Shown one piece after another: positions 53,190-63,057 of a DNA stretch of 64,000 bases; the stretch's first letter is position 1, and each line of letters starts with the position of its first letter. The translations under genes and the position numbers were made by a program. The DNA lies in the IMG/VR virus record IMGVR_UViG_3300032214_001462, positions 1 through 64,000 of that record; one strand, written 5' to 3'. Origin of the DNA: a virus. The notes below the pieces were generated by a model. The model had not been told where the DNA came from and searched no databases. It saw only the letters and a list, made by a program, of their open reading frames with translations.

Positions 53190-53773
53190 ACCTGAGAGAA
53201 GACAACGTTATTTGGTTGGTCTTGATACTTACCTTTCCTATCCTGGTAAGTTGTTTTACAAGGATTACCGCGATAGAAAAGAAGTTGCGTAATTCCTTCG
53301 TTCGCATAGATGCGATTGAAGAGACCAGTGCAATTACTAATCTCAAGTGTTAGATAGCCTTCCCACCCACTTTCTGCTGGTGTAATATTGACCAAAATTC
53401 CAGAACGTGCATAAGTAGATTTCCCCACCGCAACAACAGTGACATCTCTGGGGAGCTTCAGACGTTCTTGCGCAACACCAAGGCAATAACCATACGGAGG
53501 AAGAAGGAAATATTCACCGCGCTCATCTTCTAGTAAGTCTGCGGGCTTCAGGATATCAGGATCAAAGTCCTTTGGATCGCAATCCCCTGCTTGCACTTTA
53601 CCAAAAATCAAGCACTGACTTGGTGACAAACGAATGTCATAACCATAAGAACTAAGTCCATAGCTGAGCAACTTGCGTTTTCCTTCTTTACTGACCAAGT
53701 GGTCAACAAAAGGAGAAATCATCTCCTCCTTTTCGGCAAGCTCTTTGATTTCCCAGTCGGCCAGAACGCTCAT
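53186..53773 (-). CDS. dcd: dCTP deaminase
   Basis: SYGLSSYGYDIRL, GKSTYARSG, GWEGYLTLE, KYQDQ. Confidence 0.95.
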   Translation of the reverse strand: MSVLADWEIKELAEKEEMISPFVDHLVSKEGKRKLLSYGLSSYGYDIRLSPSQCLIFGKVQAGDCDPKDFDPDILKPADLLEDERGEYFLLPPYGYCLGVAQERLKLPRDVTVVAVGKSTYARSGILVNITPAESGWEGYLTLEISNCTGLFNRIYANEGITQLLFYRGNPCKTTYQDRKGKYQDQPNNVVFSQV

Positions 53774-53806
53774 GGACCCTTTTAATCGTTCTTCAGTATA
53801 CAGAAT

Positions 53807-54394
53807 TCAACAAAGAACACGCCCTTTTTCTGAGTAAATAGCAATAAAGTTTTCAATAGCTTTCTCGGTATTGTGCTTGGGAGGCAGATAGACCAAAAAA
53901 GAAGTACAGGTTTTATGTGTCTTTACTTCGTTTTCTACCCTGCGCAATAAAAAGGGTGCGGTTTTTAAAATGCACATGGGGAAATCAAATATCTTTTGTT
54001 CGTAACGAATCATGTCAGGGCAGTTGCTGAAATAAAGACCTTGCTCTACTTCTCCTGCTAGCCATTCACGATACAAACGACGAAACCAAACTGCATGCGA
54101 TGAGGTCAACGTAATAGCAGATGAACGTGTCATCTTCCATCGTTCAGTTTTTTTGTCCCAGAAATAACATCCACTGGGAGGAAAAAGATAAACTTTCCCA
54201 AACCAAGGTTGGCAGTTCAAGCCGTCATCAGAAGGTGTATAGAAATTTTCGGCGCCGACGTACTCGTTTGCAAGCTTTGAACTGGCAACATCAAGATCAA
54301 TGCCACCAAGCAATTCGTTTGCAGCAGTTGCAAGGTCAGTACTGGTGATCATTTCAGTGTCTTCTCGCCTGGCACCAACGGCAAAGACTGTCAT
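53807..54394 (-). CDS. Phage Dam-like adenine methyltransferase homolog with degenerate motif IV
   Basis: IDLDVASS...FYTPSDDGL..PWFGKVYLFPPS (NPPY expected). Confidence 0.65.
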   Translation of the reverse strand: MTVFAVGARREDTEMITSTDLATAANELLGGIDLDVASSKLANEYVGAENFYTPSDDGLNCQPWFGKVYLFPPSGCYFWDKKTERWKMTRSSAITLTSSHAVWFRRLYREWLAGEVEQGLYFSNCPDMIRYEQKIFDFPMCILKTAPFLLRRVENEVKTHKTCTSFLVYLPPKHNTEKAIENFIAIYSEKGRVLC

Positions 54395-54780
54395 TTGTTT
54401 TCGGCTACCTTGTTGTAATCGACTTCAAAATAACGCATACCCGCTTCGTCGTTAATAAGGTATCCCGCTTTTTCTTGCGGATCTATTTTTTGAGCGGCAG
54501 ACAAGATGCGACGAAAGCTTTCAGCCATATCACCGTCTCTATTGCGTTCGCACTCTTCCTGTGCTGAGTGCATCTCCTTCAATGTCATAAAAAACATTGA
54601 ACGTTCTTTGTTCTCCGGCTGAAACACAAGTACACCAGGGCCCTCTGCTTGCCAAAACTTGGAATATTGCTGCCCCATGTCGCCAAGAATTAGGCGCACG
54701 GTGGCATCAAGCATCTTCGCTTTCGTCTTGTCCATCTCTGGACCGATCACCGAAGCAATTAGTTTTTCCCGCCTGTCCAT
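54391..54780 (-). CDS. Hypothetical protein
   Basis: ORF track. Confidence 0.65.
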   Translation of the reverse strand: MDRREKLIASVIGPEMDKTKAKMLDATVRLILGDMGQQYSKFWQAEGPGVLVFQPENKERSMFFMTLKEMHSAQEECERNRDGDMAESFRRILSAAQKIDPQEKAGYLINDEAGMRYFEVDYNKVAENK

Positions 54781-55234
54781 TTTCTAGTAATCCTTGACGT
54801 TTAAGTGATTCTAAAAGCTTTGGCATAGGTTTGTATAGTACAACAAGCTTGCCAAGGACTCCTCGTTTTTTTACTAACTTACCTTTATCGTCCCTTACCT
54901 TATCGAATTCACCTGATCGAATCAGATATTCGGCCACACACCTAAGCCTTCTTTTAAGGGGAAGCTCTGCCTGAGGAAATTTACCACAAATTGTGTCCTG
55001 ACTCATGTCTTTGAAGGCCAATCGCAATCTATTGGCCAAAGTCATGCCAGAATTTGCGTCTTCTTCCTCGTAATTTTTTACGTTCTCTAGATAGCGACGC
55101 AGGCAAGCATCATCAAAAGAGCCTTCGGGAGGCAAAAAGAATAGGACCTGCTTACTTAAAGATTCAGGCAAAAATTCTTTGTAGTTTTCGATCGTGATGA
55201 TTTCTATATTCACCCCCTTAAAACGATGTGACAT
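54707..55234 (-). CDS. Hypothetical protein
   Basis: ORF track; TAATG junction. Confidence 0.65.
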   Translation of the reverse strand: MSHRFKGVNIEIITIENYKEFLPESLSKQVLFFLPPEGSFDDACLRRYLENVKNYEEEDANSGMTLANRLRLAFKDMSQDTICGKFPQAELPLKRRLRCVAEYLIRSGEFDKVRDDKGKLVKKRGVLGKLVVLYKPMPKLLESLKRQGLLENGQAGKTNCFGDRSRDGQDESEDA

Positions 55235-55659
55235 TATCCAATCCTTCCAAAGGTGCGGTTTTTATACATCTTGTCGACAACACCTTCTTTGCCCCTGGTA
55301 TCGGTCTGATCGATCTCCTTGTTTTTTGCAAAAGATTGCACTAATTGATTCCAGGGAATCCTCAAAACTGCTTTCTTTTTGTGATCTGGGGAAATGTTGA
55401 CGTAATGGATACCCTCTACCCAGCCCTTTTCTGGATTTTTACGCCCAATTGCAATCCAATTACGCACGGTTTGATCCGAGACACCTAAACGTCTACCACA
55501 TTCTTCTGTCGAAATGTACTCGTCGCAGTAAGCCTCAGGATTTAATACGTCAGTCTCACCGCTTGAATAGCGACTATGCCACATAGAGGCAAGGATGTTC
55601 TTGATACCCTTCAATTCGTGGGCAACATCTTCAAATCCTTTTCTTATCCCGTAATTCAT
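55234..55659 (-). CDS. HTH DNA-binding protein
   Basis: ISTEECGRRLGVSDQTVRNWI...EGIHY. Confidence 0.75.
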   Translation of the reverse strand: MNYGIRKGFEDVAHELKGIKNILASMWHSRYSSGETDVLNPEAYCDEYISTEECGRRLGVSDQTVRNWIAIGRKNPEKGWVEGIHYVNISPDHKKKAVLRIPWNQLVQSFAKNKEIDQTDTRGKEGVVDKMYKNRTFGRIG

Positions 55660-55707
55660 AGCAGAACAGTTTTTTAAATGCTAGTGTGTGAGAAAGTTTT
55701 TTGCGTT

Positions 55708-56019
55708 ATGGAAGAGCAAATCCCACCCAGCCAAGCAATACCTAGCTTTGAAGGTAAGATCACGCCGGAGCAGCTGGCAGAAATGAAGGCAAGAGCACGT
55801 GAGCTTGCAATTCAACAAACCTTGGCGCAACAGGCGGCACTACAGGCAAGCCAGCCACAGCAACCACAACAACCACAGTTTGTTTACGTAAGGCGCAACT
55901 TAACAGTTGCTGAAATTCTGTTGGTATTCCTCATTTCTTTGGGAATTGTAACAGGAATTCAATGGTCTTGGAACATGCTTTCAAATGTATTGCCAAGGAT
56001 TGAAGTAAAGGTTCGTTAA
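55708..56019 (+). CDS. Membrane protein
   Basis: C-terminal TM helix. Confidence 0.6.
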   Translation: MEEQIPPSQAIPSFEGKITPEQLAEMKARARELAIQQTLAQQAALQASQPQQPQQPQFVYVRRNLTVAEILLVFLISLGIVTGIQWSWNMLSNVLPRIEVKVR

Positions 56020-56064
56020 ATAAGACGAACTATAATTAGGAGAAAGAGTTGCGCAGTAAAGTAG

Positions 56065-57369
56065 GTGTCAAACAGGAGAATTTCTGAATTTCCGTCAATT
56101 AACGGAATTCAAATTGTTGATCAGGATCTTCTGACCTTGGTTGACGTTTTCGAAGCGGACCCTACGCTGCGCAATAAAAAAATTACGTTTACTGAATTTA
56201 GAAATTACCTAGATCAATACTATACAAATACATCAGGAACAACTTTCAATGGTAATGTCGTCATCAATGGCGACCTTACGGTAACAGGTACTACCTCTAT
56301 TGGTGATATCACCTTTACGGATCTTGTAACCTTTAGTGGCGTTATTGTACAAAACAGTTTATACGCCTCTGGTACCGTAGGTGCATCTAGCGTTACAGGC
56401 GACAGTGCAATCTTTACAAACTTTGTTGCTGGTACCGGGCGCTTTTTAAACGAGGTATCAGGACAAGTCATAACAGGCAATACGATCAGGGCAACAAACA
56501 TAACAGGAGTATCTGGGGTATTTACCACTTCTGTTACAAGCTCACTCGTTAATGCCACAACAGTTCAGGCGAACGTTGTTAACAGCGTCTCCGGCATTTT
56601 CACATCACAAATCTCTGGCGCCACCGTTACAGGAGATACGGTCAGAGCAACTAGCATAACTGGCGTATCAGGCGTCTTTACTCAAAACCTATTCGGTGCC
56701 ACAGTAACCGGAAATACGGTTGCTGCTACAACCGGTACATTTAGGAACGTAACCACCAGTGGTCAAGTAGTACAAGATACATTAACAGTATCAGGGTTTC
56801 TTAATGTACCAGGCTCGGGTCAGTTTAATACACTCACAGGCACTAGCGCAGGCTTTGCAACTGTTACTGGTCAAGTAGTAACAGGAATAACTGCAAACTT
56901 TGTTTCAGGTATTTTTACAAATTCTTTATCTGGCACAACTGTAACTGGAAACGTAATCAATGCAGCGACATTAAACGCAGTTAGCGGTGTATTTACCACG
57001 CGTGTTTCAGGAACAACTGTCACTGGTAATCAACTGTACTTCACTTCTGGAACGTTCCAGAATCTTAATGCCACCAACATGACGTTCGGTGGGGACCAAA
57101 CAATTAGCGGTTCTTTTACAGTTCTTGGAGCCGGCTCTTATGGATCTGGGCTTTTAATTACGGGTGGCATCAGTGGAGATTCAGCTAGTTTTACAACGGT
57201 ATCCGGACAGACAGTAACCGGAGAGACTGGTTTATTTACAAATATAACTGGAAGTACAGTCACAATTACAACTCCATCTGGAGCAACGCCAGCACTTATC
57301 TGCTCAGGTGTGGTATCAGGAAGCACAAGTGGTTTTGTAATTAAAGGCCCACTAATTGTTCTTCCTTGA
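56065..57369 (+). CDS. Tail fibre-like protein
   Basis: SNRRISEF N-terminus; SGxFT...SGxTVTG repeats. Confidence 0.75.
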   Translation: MSNRRISEFPSINGIQIVDQDLLTLVDVFEADPTLRNKKITFTEFRNYLDQYYTNTSGTTFNGNVVINGDLTVTGTTSIGDITFTDLVTFSGVIVQNSLYASGTVGASSVTGDSAIFTNFVAGTGRFLNEVSGQVITGNTIRATNITGVSGVFTTSVTSSLVNATTVQANVVNSVSGIFTSQISGATVTGDTVRATSITGVSGVFTQNLFGATVTGNTVAATTGTFRNVTTSGQVVQDTLTVSGFLNVPGSGQFNTLTGTSAGFATVTGQVVTGITANFVSGIFTNSLSGTTVTGNVINAATLNAVSGVFTTRVSGTTVTGNQLYFTSGTFQNLNATNMTFGGDQTISGSFTVLGAGSYGSGLLITGGISGDSASFTTVSGQTVTGETGLFTNITGSTVTITTPSGATPALICSGVVSGSTSGFVIKGPLIVLP

Positions 57370-57409
57370 GTTAATGGAATCCATTTAAAATAATAAAAAG
57401 GGTAACAAA

Positions 57410-59425
57410 ATGAATTACGGTACCATCAAAGTTGATCAAATTACATTTACTAATGCTGGCGTCGACGATACGTTGACTGTTTCTGGCATCATGCAGTCGA
57501 TGTCAGGCAGCATGACTGTAACTGGCACCGTTCAAGGCGAGACAATTATTGGTACGAGTACTGTTTCAGGTGCAACTGTAACTGGAAATATAGGTCAGTT
57601 TACTGTAATTACGGGAGGCTCTGCTGGCTTTACCACAATTACAGGTACTACCGTAACGGGAACGACTGCTAATTTTGTTAGTGGTGTTTTTTCAGCTGAG
57701 GTATCTGGATTAACAGTAAGGGGAACAACTGTTTCTGGTGCAACAGTCACAGGCGATGTAGGAAGTTTTGCCACCCTTACTGGTGGCGTCGTAACGTTAA
57801 CTTCTGGCGTTTTTGGTGCAGGCACTGCAGCCCTGCCAAGTATCTCATTTAGTGGTGATCCCAACACTGGAATCTATAGCCCTGGTGCAGACCAAGTAGC
57901 CATCAGCACTGCTGGGTCTGGCAGGTTTTTTGTCAGCGACACAAAAGTTCAAGTCAGTAATCCGGGTAATACTGCTGAGTTTGATGTAGGTGCTGGTGCA
58001 ACTGGAAATAACTTTGCGGTTGTCAACCTAATTGGAGATACAACCTATCCAACCTTTGGTTTACGAATAATACGTATTAACGCAGGAGCAAATGCAGATA
58101 GTCAAATCAACCATAGGGGAACTGGCCCGCTTGCGCTAAATGCAATAGACGCTGGAAATATCCAATTCAAGACAACCAACACCGAACGCCTGCGCATCAC
58201 CTCGGCAGGGCTTGTAGGCATAGGGACCAGTTCGCCTGATAACCTACTATCCGTTCGGTCTACATCTGAAGTCATTAATTACACAGCCGCAGACTTTAGA
58301 AGCAACGCTGCGGGAACCGGACTATCCAACACTTATATAAAACTAGAAAAGGGGAGCGGCTTTGGCGGAGCAATCGGCGGTTTTATTGAGCAAGGTGTTG
58401 GCTCCGGCCTAAAACTTTCGACATTAAACTCTGGAACGATTTCAGATGTAGTTGTTATACGAGATACAGGCCGTGTAGGGATTGGCACTACGAGCCCTGG
58501 CAATACACTAGACATCTCGCCCGGCTCAGCAGGAGATGTACTGCGCATCCGTGGTGGTACTGGCGGTACATCTATTGTTCAATTTACTGATAATACGGCA
58601 TCGGCTCAATGGGGTACTATTGCTACTACCTCTAGCTCTGCTGATTTAACGCATAGTTCTGTCGTTCGATTTTTAACGGCATCCTCCGAACGCGCCCGCA
58701 TCGACAGCTCCGGCAGGCTCTTAGTTGGTACGTCTACTAGCACCAACGTTATCGGTGTTGAGTCTGGACTACAGGTTCAAGGAACAGGAGCAGGCTCTTT
58801 TATCACCTCAGCAAGGTGGGCAAACAGCGCAGATAACCCAGGCTTCTTATTCGCAAAATCCCGTGGAGCTTCGGTCGGCACAAGAGGCGTTGTATCAAAT
58901 GGAGACGCTCTTGGCATTCTTTATTTCACTGGTGACGATGGTACAAACTTTGTCCAAGCAGCAACTATTCAAGCCAGTGTAGACGGCACCCCTGGCGCTA
59001 ATGACATGCCAGGCCGACTAGTGTTCTCCACTACTGCGGATGGGGCGAGTTCTCCGACGGAGCGGATGCGCATTGCACAAAATGGTGTTATCACGATTCA
59101 AAATGGTGCTGTTGCTGTTATCGGTACACTTACAGATGCAGCTACAATCACACCAGACCTAGCAGCAGATTGTAATTTTACAGTCACACTCGGTGGTAGT
59201 CGTACCATTGCTAACCCCACTAATATCACAGCTGGTCAAAGTGGTTCTATCTTCATTGTGCAAGATGCCACTGGATCACGTACACTGAGCTGGGGTAGCT
59301 ATTGGGATTTCCCTGGTGGTACAGCTCCTACACTATCAACAGCTGCTAATGCTATTGATCGTGTGGATTATATTGTTCGCAGTGCTACATCAATTCACAC
59401 TGTCTTTACTGCTAATTATTCCTGA
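57410..59425 (+). CDS. Tail fibre protein
   Basis: PSISFSGDPNTGIY; ERLRITSAG.VGIGT repeats; C-terminal QDATGSRTL. Confidence 0.85.
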   Translation: MNYGTIKVDQITFTNAGVDDTLTVSGIMQSMSGSMTVTGTVQGETIIGTSTVSGATVTGNIGQFTVITGGSAGFTTITGTTVTGTTANFVSGVFSAEVSGLTVRGTTVSGATVTGDVGSFATLTGGVVTLTSGVFGAGTAALPSISFSGDPNTGIYSPGADQVAISTAGSGRFFVSDTKVQVSNPGNTAEFDVGAGATGNNFAVVNLIGDTTYPTFGLRIIRINAGANADSQINHRGTGPLALNAIDAGNIQFKTTNTERLRITSAGLVGIGTSSPDNLLSVRSTSEVINYTAADFRSNAAGTGLSNTYIKLEKGSGFGGAIGGFIEQGVGSGLKLSTLNSGTISDVVVIRDTGRVGIGTTSPGNTLDISPGSAGDVLRIRGGTGGTSIVQFTDNTASAQWGTIATTSSSADLTHSSVVRFLTASSERARIDSSGRLLVGTSTSTNVIGVESGLQVQGTGAGSFITSARWANSADNPGFLFAKSRGASVGTRGVVSNGDALGILYFTGDDGTNFVQAATIQASVDGTPGANDMPGRLVFSTTADGASSPTERMRIAQNGVITIQNGAVAVIGTLTDAATITPDLAADCNFTVTLGGSRTIANPTNITAGQSGSIFIVQDATGSRTLSWGSYWDFPGGTAPTLSTAANAIDRVDYIVRSATSIHTVFTANYS

Positions 59426-59440
59426 TTAGAGAGAAATATC

Positions 59441-61864
59441 ATGGCCCTTTTTCACGACAGTGCAATCGTTGGTGCAAGCGGACAAGCTGGTGGTGCACAA
59501 TATAAAATTGAGCGCAGCCTGAGGTTTAACTCAGCGGACTCGGCGTACCTCAACCGCACACCAGCATCAGCGGGCAACAGGAAGACGTGGACTTGGAGTG
59601 GGTGGGTCAAAAGAAGTGCGGTTGGCTCCGGCGACCAAATGCTTTTTTCGACTGGCACTACTGGGGCTACCACATCGGCCGTCATCTTTTTTAGAAACGA
59701 TGCTTTTGTATTCTCTACTCTTTCCGCCGACATCTTAGCCACATCTGCTCTGTTTCGTGACCCTTCCGCTTGGTATCACTTCGTTGTCTTATTTGATTCT
59801 ACGCAAGCTGCTGCCTCGGCTCGGCTTCGCTTTTTTGTGAACGGATCAGAAATTAGCCAGTTCTCCATCGATGCTCGGTTGACGCAAATCTCTCAAAATA
59901 CGGATTACGGGTTTAATCTTAATCAAGTGCACGAGATAGGTCGTTTTACATTTGATAGCTCTCGCTATTTGAACGGTTACCTCGCGGACGTTCACTTCAT
60001 CGACGGCCAAGCCCTAACTCCCACGAGCTTCGGCGAGTTTGATACCAATAACATCTGGCAGCCCAAGGCATACACCGGCACCTACGGCACTAACGGGTTC
60101 CAACTTAAGTTTGCTGATAACAGCAACAACACTGCCACCACACTCGGTAAAGACACCAGCGGCAACGGCAATAACTGGACACCAAATAACCTCAGCGTGA
60201 CGGCTGGTGCTGGTAACGATTCGCTGGTAGATAGCCCGACGAACTACGGCACCGACACAGCCGCTGGCGGTGAGGTGAGGGGGAATTATTGCACTCTGAA
60301 TCCGCTTGCAAAAGGTTCTGCACTGACGCTATCAAATGGCAATCTAGACTTAAGTGATAGCGGCAGCGCGTCTCCAGTAGTAGGCAGTACGTTTGCTGTA
60401 AACTCCGGCAAATGGTATTATGAAGTCACGCTTGGAAACCAATTTTCATATATTGGTTTATCTGCGCCTACAGTTTTATCTACCTCTGTAAGTTTTCTTG
60501 GTGCTATATCTGGTCAGATAGTATTTAACACTGGCACAACCTCATTTAGTTGGATAGATGGGGTTGTGTATAACTACTCAACTGCATCATCATGTACTAC
60601 AGGTGATGTAATAGGTGTGGCGTTAAACTTTGATACCGGCGTACTTACATTTTACAAGAACGGTGTAAGTCAAGGACAATTTGGAACAAATGTATTAACT
60701 GGTCGGACATTAACTCCAGCATTTAAATCGAATACGTCTACATCCGCGTCATTTAATTTCGGCCAACGCACCTTCGCCTACCCGCTAAGCGGATTCAAAG
60801 CACTCTGCACACAAAACCTGCCCACACCCACCATCACCAATGGTGCCACCGTCTTTGACGCCAAGCTCTACACCGGAAACGGCAGCACGCAAACCATTAG
60901 TGGGCTAGGGTTCTCGCCGGATTTTGTATGGCTAAAAGCACGAAATAACAGTTTTGTTCACGGCTTATTTGACACGGTGAGAGGGGCTTCAAGGTTCCTT
61001 GTTTCAAACAGTACAGTCGCAGAGCTTGTTAACGAGGTAGATGGATTCCTGTCTGCTTTTAACTCTGACGGATTCACTCTTTCTGCGGGCACCAACTCTT
61101 CAAATACGTTCAACTCAAATGCAGGCACACAAGTTGCCTGGTGCTGGGACGCGGGCAGCTCTACCGTCACCAACACACAAGGCAGCATCACTAGTCAGGT
61201 GAGGGCAAATGCTAGTGCGGGGTTTTCGATTGCTACTTTTACAGGACCAACATCAGGCACAAGCACTGTTGGGCATGGATTAAATATTGCTCCAGGGCTG
61301 ATCATTACCAAAGTAAGAAACTTAACCGGAGGTGGTTGGGTTGTCTACCACTCAAGCATCGGAGCAACCGGCTCGTTGGCATTAAATTCAACAGCTGCAA
61401 CTGACACAAACATTGGTTATTACAACAACACTGCGCCCACGTCTTCTGTTTTCAGTCTTGGAAGTTTCTACGCAATTTCTCCTACTCCTTATGACTTTCT
61501 TGCCTACTGCTTCGCCCCAGTAGCCGGGTACTCTAGTTTCGGCAGCTACACCGGCAACGGCAGCACAGATGGGCCGTTTGTTTATACCGGATTTAGGCCG
61601 AAGTTTGTGCTCGTGAAAGGCAGCTCTACTGTTTCTGAATGGTGGATAAACGACTCAGTGAGGAGTGCCTACAACCAAACCGCAAACAATCTGGTGCCCA
61701 ATAGCTCTGCGGCAGAATACACGGCAAATGATTTTAATTCCATTGATATCCTGTCAAACGGATTCAAGATGCGAAATACCAACAACAGTTCAAATGCCAA
61801 TGGCAATACCTACATCTACGCCGCCTTCGCCGAATCACCCTTCCAGTTTTCTAGGGCGCGCTAG
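59441..61864 (+). CDS. Tail/receptor-binding protein with LamG/ConA and SPRY-like domains
   Basis: RSLRFN, FRDPSAWYH, SGKWYYEV, YTGNGS repeats. Confidence 0.85.
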   Translation: MALFHDSAIVGASGQAGGAQYKIERSLRFNSADSAYLNRTPASAGNRKTWTWSGWVKRSAVGSGDQMLFSTGTTGATTSAVIFFRNDAFVFSTLSADILATSALFRDPSAWYHFVVLFDSTQAAASARLRFFVNGSEISQFSIDARLTQISQNTDYGFNLNQVHEIGRFTFDSSRYLNGYLADVHFIDGQALTPTSFGEFDTNNIWQPKAYTGTYGTNGFQLKFADNSNNTATTLGKDTSGNGNNWTPNNLSVTAGAGNDSLVDSPTNYGTDTAAGGEVRGNYCTLNPLAKGSALTLSNGNLDLSDSGSASPVVGSTFAVNSGKWYYEVTLGNQFSYIGLSAPTVLSTSVSFLGAISGQIVFNTGTTSFSWIDGVVYNYSTASSCTTGDVIGVALNFDTGVLTFYKNGVSQGQFGTNVLTGRTLTPAFKSNTSTSASFNFGQRTFAYPLSGFKALCTQNLPTPTITNGATVFDAKLYTGNGSTQTISGLGFSPDFVWLKARNNSFVHGLFDTVRGASRFLVSNSTVAELVNEVDGFLSAFNSDGFTLSAGTNSSNTFNSNAGTQVAWCWDAGSSTVTNTQGSITSQVRANASAGFSIATFTGPTSGTSTVGHGLNIAPGLIITKVRNLTGGGWVVYHSSIGATGSLALNSTAATDTNIGYYNNTAPTSSVFSLGSFYAISPTPYDFLAYCFAPVAGYSSFGSYTGNGSTDGPFVYTGFRPKFVLVKGSSTVSEWWINDSVRSAYNQTANNLVPNSSAAEYTANDFNSIDILSNGFKMRNTNNSSNANGNTYIYAAFAESPFQFSRAR

Positions 61865-61928
61865 TAGTGACCACCTCTTCTCTTGCTTAAAAGGGATAAG
61901 TTAAAATAAAGAAAATAGTCCTATAAAT

Positions 61929-62426
61929 ATGTTCATCCTGGATGGAAAGCCACTCTCTCCTGATGTGGCTTTTACACATGACGATATACAATATCCCGCT
62001 AATTGGTTACGTTTAAGTACACCAGAAGAGCGGGAAGCCATTGGCATCACAGAAGTTCCTGATCCCGCTCCCTACGATCAGCGTTTCTACTGGGGCTATG
62101 ACAGTGATGGGAACCTCATCCCTAAGGACCACACCCAGCTGGTGGAGCAGTGGACGCAACAAACACGCCAAACTGCTAATACACTTCTGTTCCCAAGTGA
62201 TTGGATGATCATTCGAGAAGCTGATAACGGCATCGCTGTTGATCCAAACTGGCGCACCTGGCGGGAAAACGTACGTTTAGCAGCAGGCAGCAAGAATTTT
62301 GAAATTGAAGCAACAACTGCAACAGATGAGTTGGCTGCTTACATTACGGGCGTTGATTATCCCACCTGGCCGCCAAGTCCAGATGCACCTGTTGTAGAAG
62401 AACCTACCGTCACGACAGAGAACTAA
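61929..62426 (+). CDS. Tail fibre assembly chaperone
   Basis: YPANWL...EEREAIGI...SDWMIIR...WRENVR. Confidence 0.75.
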   Translation: MFILDGKPLSPDVAFTHDDIQYPANWLRLSTPEEREAIGITEVPDPAPYDQRFYWGYDSDGNLIPKDHTQLVEQWTQQTRQTANTLLFPSDWMIIREADNGIAVDPNWRTWRENVRLAAGSKNFEIEATTATDELAAYITGVDYPTWPPSPDAPVVEEPTVTTEN

Positions 62427-62471
62427 AAACACTTATTGAATATTGTCGTAAAATAATAAAAAACATTAGCC

Positions 62472-62795
62472 ATGGCTAACACACTTTGGGATATTGCTCA
62501 GCTTGAGCGTCATCTTCCTGATGGTGATACCTGTCCAGATGGTGCTGTCTACACTGCACACTGGACGGCATCCCTGGAAGAAAACGGTGAATCAGCCAGT
62601 TGTTATGGCTCCGTTGGTTTTAGTGCTCCTGATCCGGATACCTTTGTACCTTTCAGCCAGCTCACCAAAGAAGAAGTCATCAACTGGGTATTTGAAGCCT
62701 TGGGACCAGATCAAATTGTTACCATTGAAGAAGGTCTTTACAACCAAATCCAACAAAAGATCAACCCAACTTCAGAAACTGGTGTACCTTGGTAA
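62472..62795 (+). CDS. Tail fibre-associated small protein
   Basis: WDIAQLER...FVPFSQLTKEEVINWV...GVPW. Confidence 0.75.
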   Translation: MANTLWDIAQLERHLPDGDTCPDGAVYTAHWTASLEENGESASCYGSVGFSAPDPDTFVPFSQLTKEEVINWVFEALGPDQIVTIEEGLYNQIQQKINPTSETGVPW

Positions 62796-62829
62796 TTTTT
62801 GTTATACTTTTTGAAGTTATTTGTTCGTT

Positions 62830-63015
62830 ATGGCTTGCAAAAAGTCTGAGTTAGTGAGCGCCATCAATTCATTTGGCTCTGCACGTGCTACCGGTGACGG
62901 TAACCTCATTGCTTTCTCTGCTAATCTCATCGGTCAATTGATTGATACGATTGAGTTTGCCCCAGAAGAGGAAGCAGTAGAAGACGCAGAAGTCAAAGAA
63001 GCCGTACCTGCTTGA
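62830..63015 (+). CDS. Small hypothetical protein
   Basis: ORF track. Confidence 0.6.
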   Translation: MACKKSELVSAINSFGSARATGDGNLIAFSANLIGQLIDTIEFAPEEEAVEDAEVKEAVPA

Positions 63016-63057
63016 TTATTTAGTTGACCTAGAGTAATACAAAGGCTCTAGGTCGAT

